This document shows, in pieces, positions 49,401-51,476 of a DNA stretch of 51,476 bases. Position 1 is the first letter of the stretch, and each line of letters starts with the position of its first letter. The notes under the pieces are model-generated. The model was not told the DNA's origin, made no database searches, and worked only from the letters and a program-made list of their open reading frames with translations. The stretch is taken from contig MU271492.1 of NCBI GenBank assembly GCA_021432655.1, forward strand, positions 1 through 51,476, given 5' to 3'. The position numbers and the translations under genes were made by a program. Source of the DNA: Atractiella rhizophila (lineage: Eukaryota).

Positions 49401-49988
49401 CAGTGCTTCAATCAAATTTGAAATCAAGTCACATACGAAATTCGATCATTGCCCAATTTGAAATTGTTATCAGCTCGACTCAGACGACATTTTCTCAGCA
49501 GAACCTCGCTGAAAAGACTTAGTTATCGCGTTAGGCAGCAAAACAAACTCGTGACAGGCATCTAATCAGCATCTGTGTCTGCGTGTGTTCTTTGCTCGTC
49601 CATTGGTCTCTGCTTTGTCGTAAGAGGTACCCCCTCTTTCAGTAGTTCTTTTCACGCCCGGTGTAGGTTCTAATCTTTCTACATATAACAGAACAAAAAC
49701 AAAGTAGAGCATGTCATCAAAAAAGCTAGGCACAAGCCTTCTGCACGCAGATGACTCTCACGAAAGAGCAGAGGTCGCACCGTCGATCTCGTCTGTCCCT
49801 CTTCTCTTTCGCTGTGCTATCTCCCAGCTAACGAATAGCTCCAAGGCTATCAACGACCTTCCGTCACATTCCTTCAGCCGACGGCGAGCATGTACAATTT
49901 GATCCTGTAGACCCAAAGACACATCTTTATGCTCGGTAGCGTCATCTTGTCCGTCTGTCTGCCGTGCCTTTAGTGTTTACTGTTTCGG
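46451..49988 (+). repeat. Tandem duplicate (46451-48014 / 48029-49988) of the divergent promoter region and both flanking gene starts
   Basis: Near-identical copies joined by A14 (48015-48028); copy 2 carries about 400 bp of extra sequence. Confidence 0.9.
47737..48014 (+). pseudogene. First two exons only of the trans-sulfuration gene (duplicate, probably allelic)
   Basis: MTSKKLGTSLLHADDSHERAEVAPSIS...DPKTHLYAR, ending at the A14 junction. Confidence 0.75.
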
Positions 49989-51442
49989 CGAAGGTACTCG
50001 ACCCCGATTCTTTATCGACTCGAAAAGGTTCTATCTGCCGCCATCGGAGGGCATACAATTGTGTATGGAAGTGGACTGAGCGCGGCGTTCGGAGTGTTAA
50101 TGCACTATCAGCCAGTGAATTTCCCAATATTCGTCGTCGAAGTTAAACTGAGATTCGGGCGATAGGAAGTGATTGCCATTACGAAAGGGTACCATGGTGT
50201 GCATCTCGTTATCGAGAAATATGTTCAGTTAAAAGGTCCGCAAAACGTGGTGGGTCCCGTTCTCTTTCTTTGACACGCCCAACATGTCGATAATGAGTGT
50301 GCGGGAGAGATTAGAAGTTGATTGATCTCACGGAACCATTCACTCATCCGAAAACATTGGCGTGGGTAGAGACCCCCTTGAACCCAACAGGAGAGGTCCG
50401 AGACCTTACTTTCTGTTTGTCAGCTTTACTTCATGCGACTTATTCAAACTGACGGCTGGAATTATGGAATAAACGCATTGCAGATCGAAATAAACTCCCA
50501 ACAGAAGGAATTCTCGTAGTTGATTCCACCTTAGCGCCTCCCCCTCTGTCCGATCCCTTCAAATGGGGAGCAGATGTAATCATGCACAGCGGAACAAAAT
50601 ATTTTGTGCGGCTTTAACATTCCTCCGCTCTTATCAGCTTCTTACCCCACTATGAAAAGGGAGGTCATTCGGACGCTCTTATGGGCACTCTCTCTGTCAG
50701 GTCTCTCGAAACCTGGAAATCACTTTGGCACACACGTACCTACCTTGGACTGGTCCCAGGATCGATGGAACAATGGCTCGTCCTGCGCTCCTTGCGCACA
50801 CTTCATTTGCGCGTCCCAAAAACAGGCTGAGACCGGAACAAAGATCGCACAGTGGTTGAACGGAAGAAGGGAAATAGAAAAAGTTTGGCACGCCAGTTTG
50901 CAGGAAGGAGCGGACGGATTGATCGGGAAAGGCAAACAATTAGAAGCTGGACCAGCCTGCTTTTCAATCTACGTATGCTCGCTTACTCTCTCTCCTGAGA
51001 CGCAGAGACGGAGATTGATCCTGGCTGATAGATGAAGGATAAAGATGCCGCCGCACGTCTGCCTTTCACTTTGAAACTCTTTACGGTGCGCCAATTTGTG
51101 TTTCTCCCGTTCCAGTTATTGCTGAATATTCACTTTAAAGCCGGCAACGTCCCTTGGTATGCTCACTTTTACCATGAGTCCGTATAAAGGCTGATTACAT
51201 ATTCTGCTTCCATGGAATAACAGGAGGAGTGGAGAGTTTGATCGAACAACGTGCAATCTCTGATCCTACAGCAGACCCTCGCTTAGGTGCAATCATTTCT
51301 ATCTAAGGAGACCTCGCTGACACAAGGATATTTGCACATAGTCCGTTTGTCGATTGGAGTGGAAGACTTTGAAGATTTGAGAGCAGACCTAGAGCAAGGT
51401 CTTGAGGCTGTCCATAGCAGGAGCGGAAGAGCAAAGTTGTGA
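49711..51442 (+). CDS. Second Cys/Met PLP trans-sulfuration paralog; +1 frameshift as assembled
   Basis: Same 11-exon structure as 40972-42638, ending GLEAVHSRSGRAKL*. An extra A in cccaaaaacagg (50818-50822) brings TGA 50828-50830 into frame. Confidence 0.85.
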
Positions 51443-51476
51443 ATGATCAGTGAGTGAAAGTACATCCATGTTCTGA

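Overview
Intron-rich fungal genomic DNA (short GT-AG introns with CTRAY branch points; probably a basidiomycete, and probably heterozygous/dikaryotic, which is inference). Left to right: mitochondrial glutamyl-tRNA synthetase, a secreted GH92 alpha-mannosidase, an F-box protein, a small LEA-like protein, the DRG2/Rbg2 GTPase, a Bck1-type MAPKKK, an F-box/UBA4/ADE8 block, a third F-box gene and an MDR reductase. A rearranged zone follows: a decayed trans-sulfuration pseudogene, a GH55 fragment and a Ty1/copia element. Two observations stand out. (1) One spliced gene (46494->43699, minus) appears to fuse a PAPS transporter (SLC35B2/PAPST1-like) through an extra TM helix to a lumenal sulfotransferase; it is flanked on both sides by Cys/Met PLP trans-sulfuration genes. 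(2) One of those trans-sulfuration genes has 11 intact exons and runs in frame into a complete copia Gag-Pol whose 5' LTR is missing. Four apparent tandem duplications are each joined by an A-only spacer and are most likely two haplotypes placed side by side at scaffold gaps. All gene models were spliced by eye; no database search was run.
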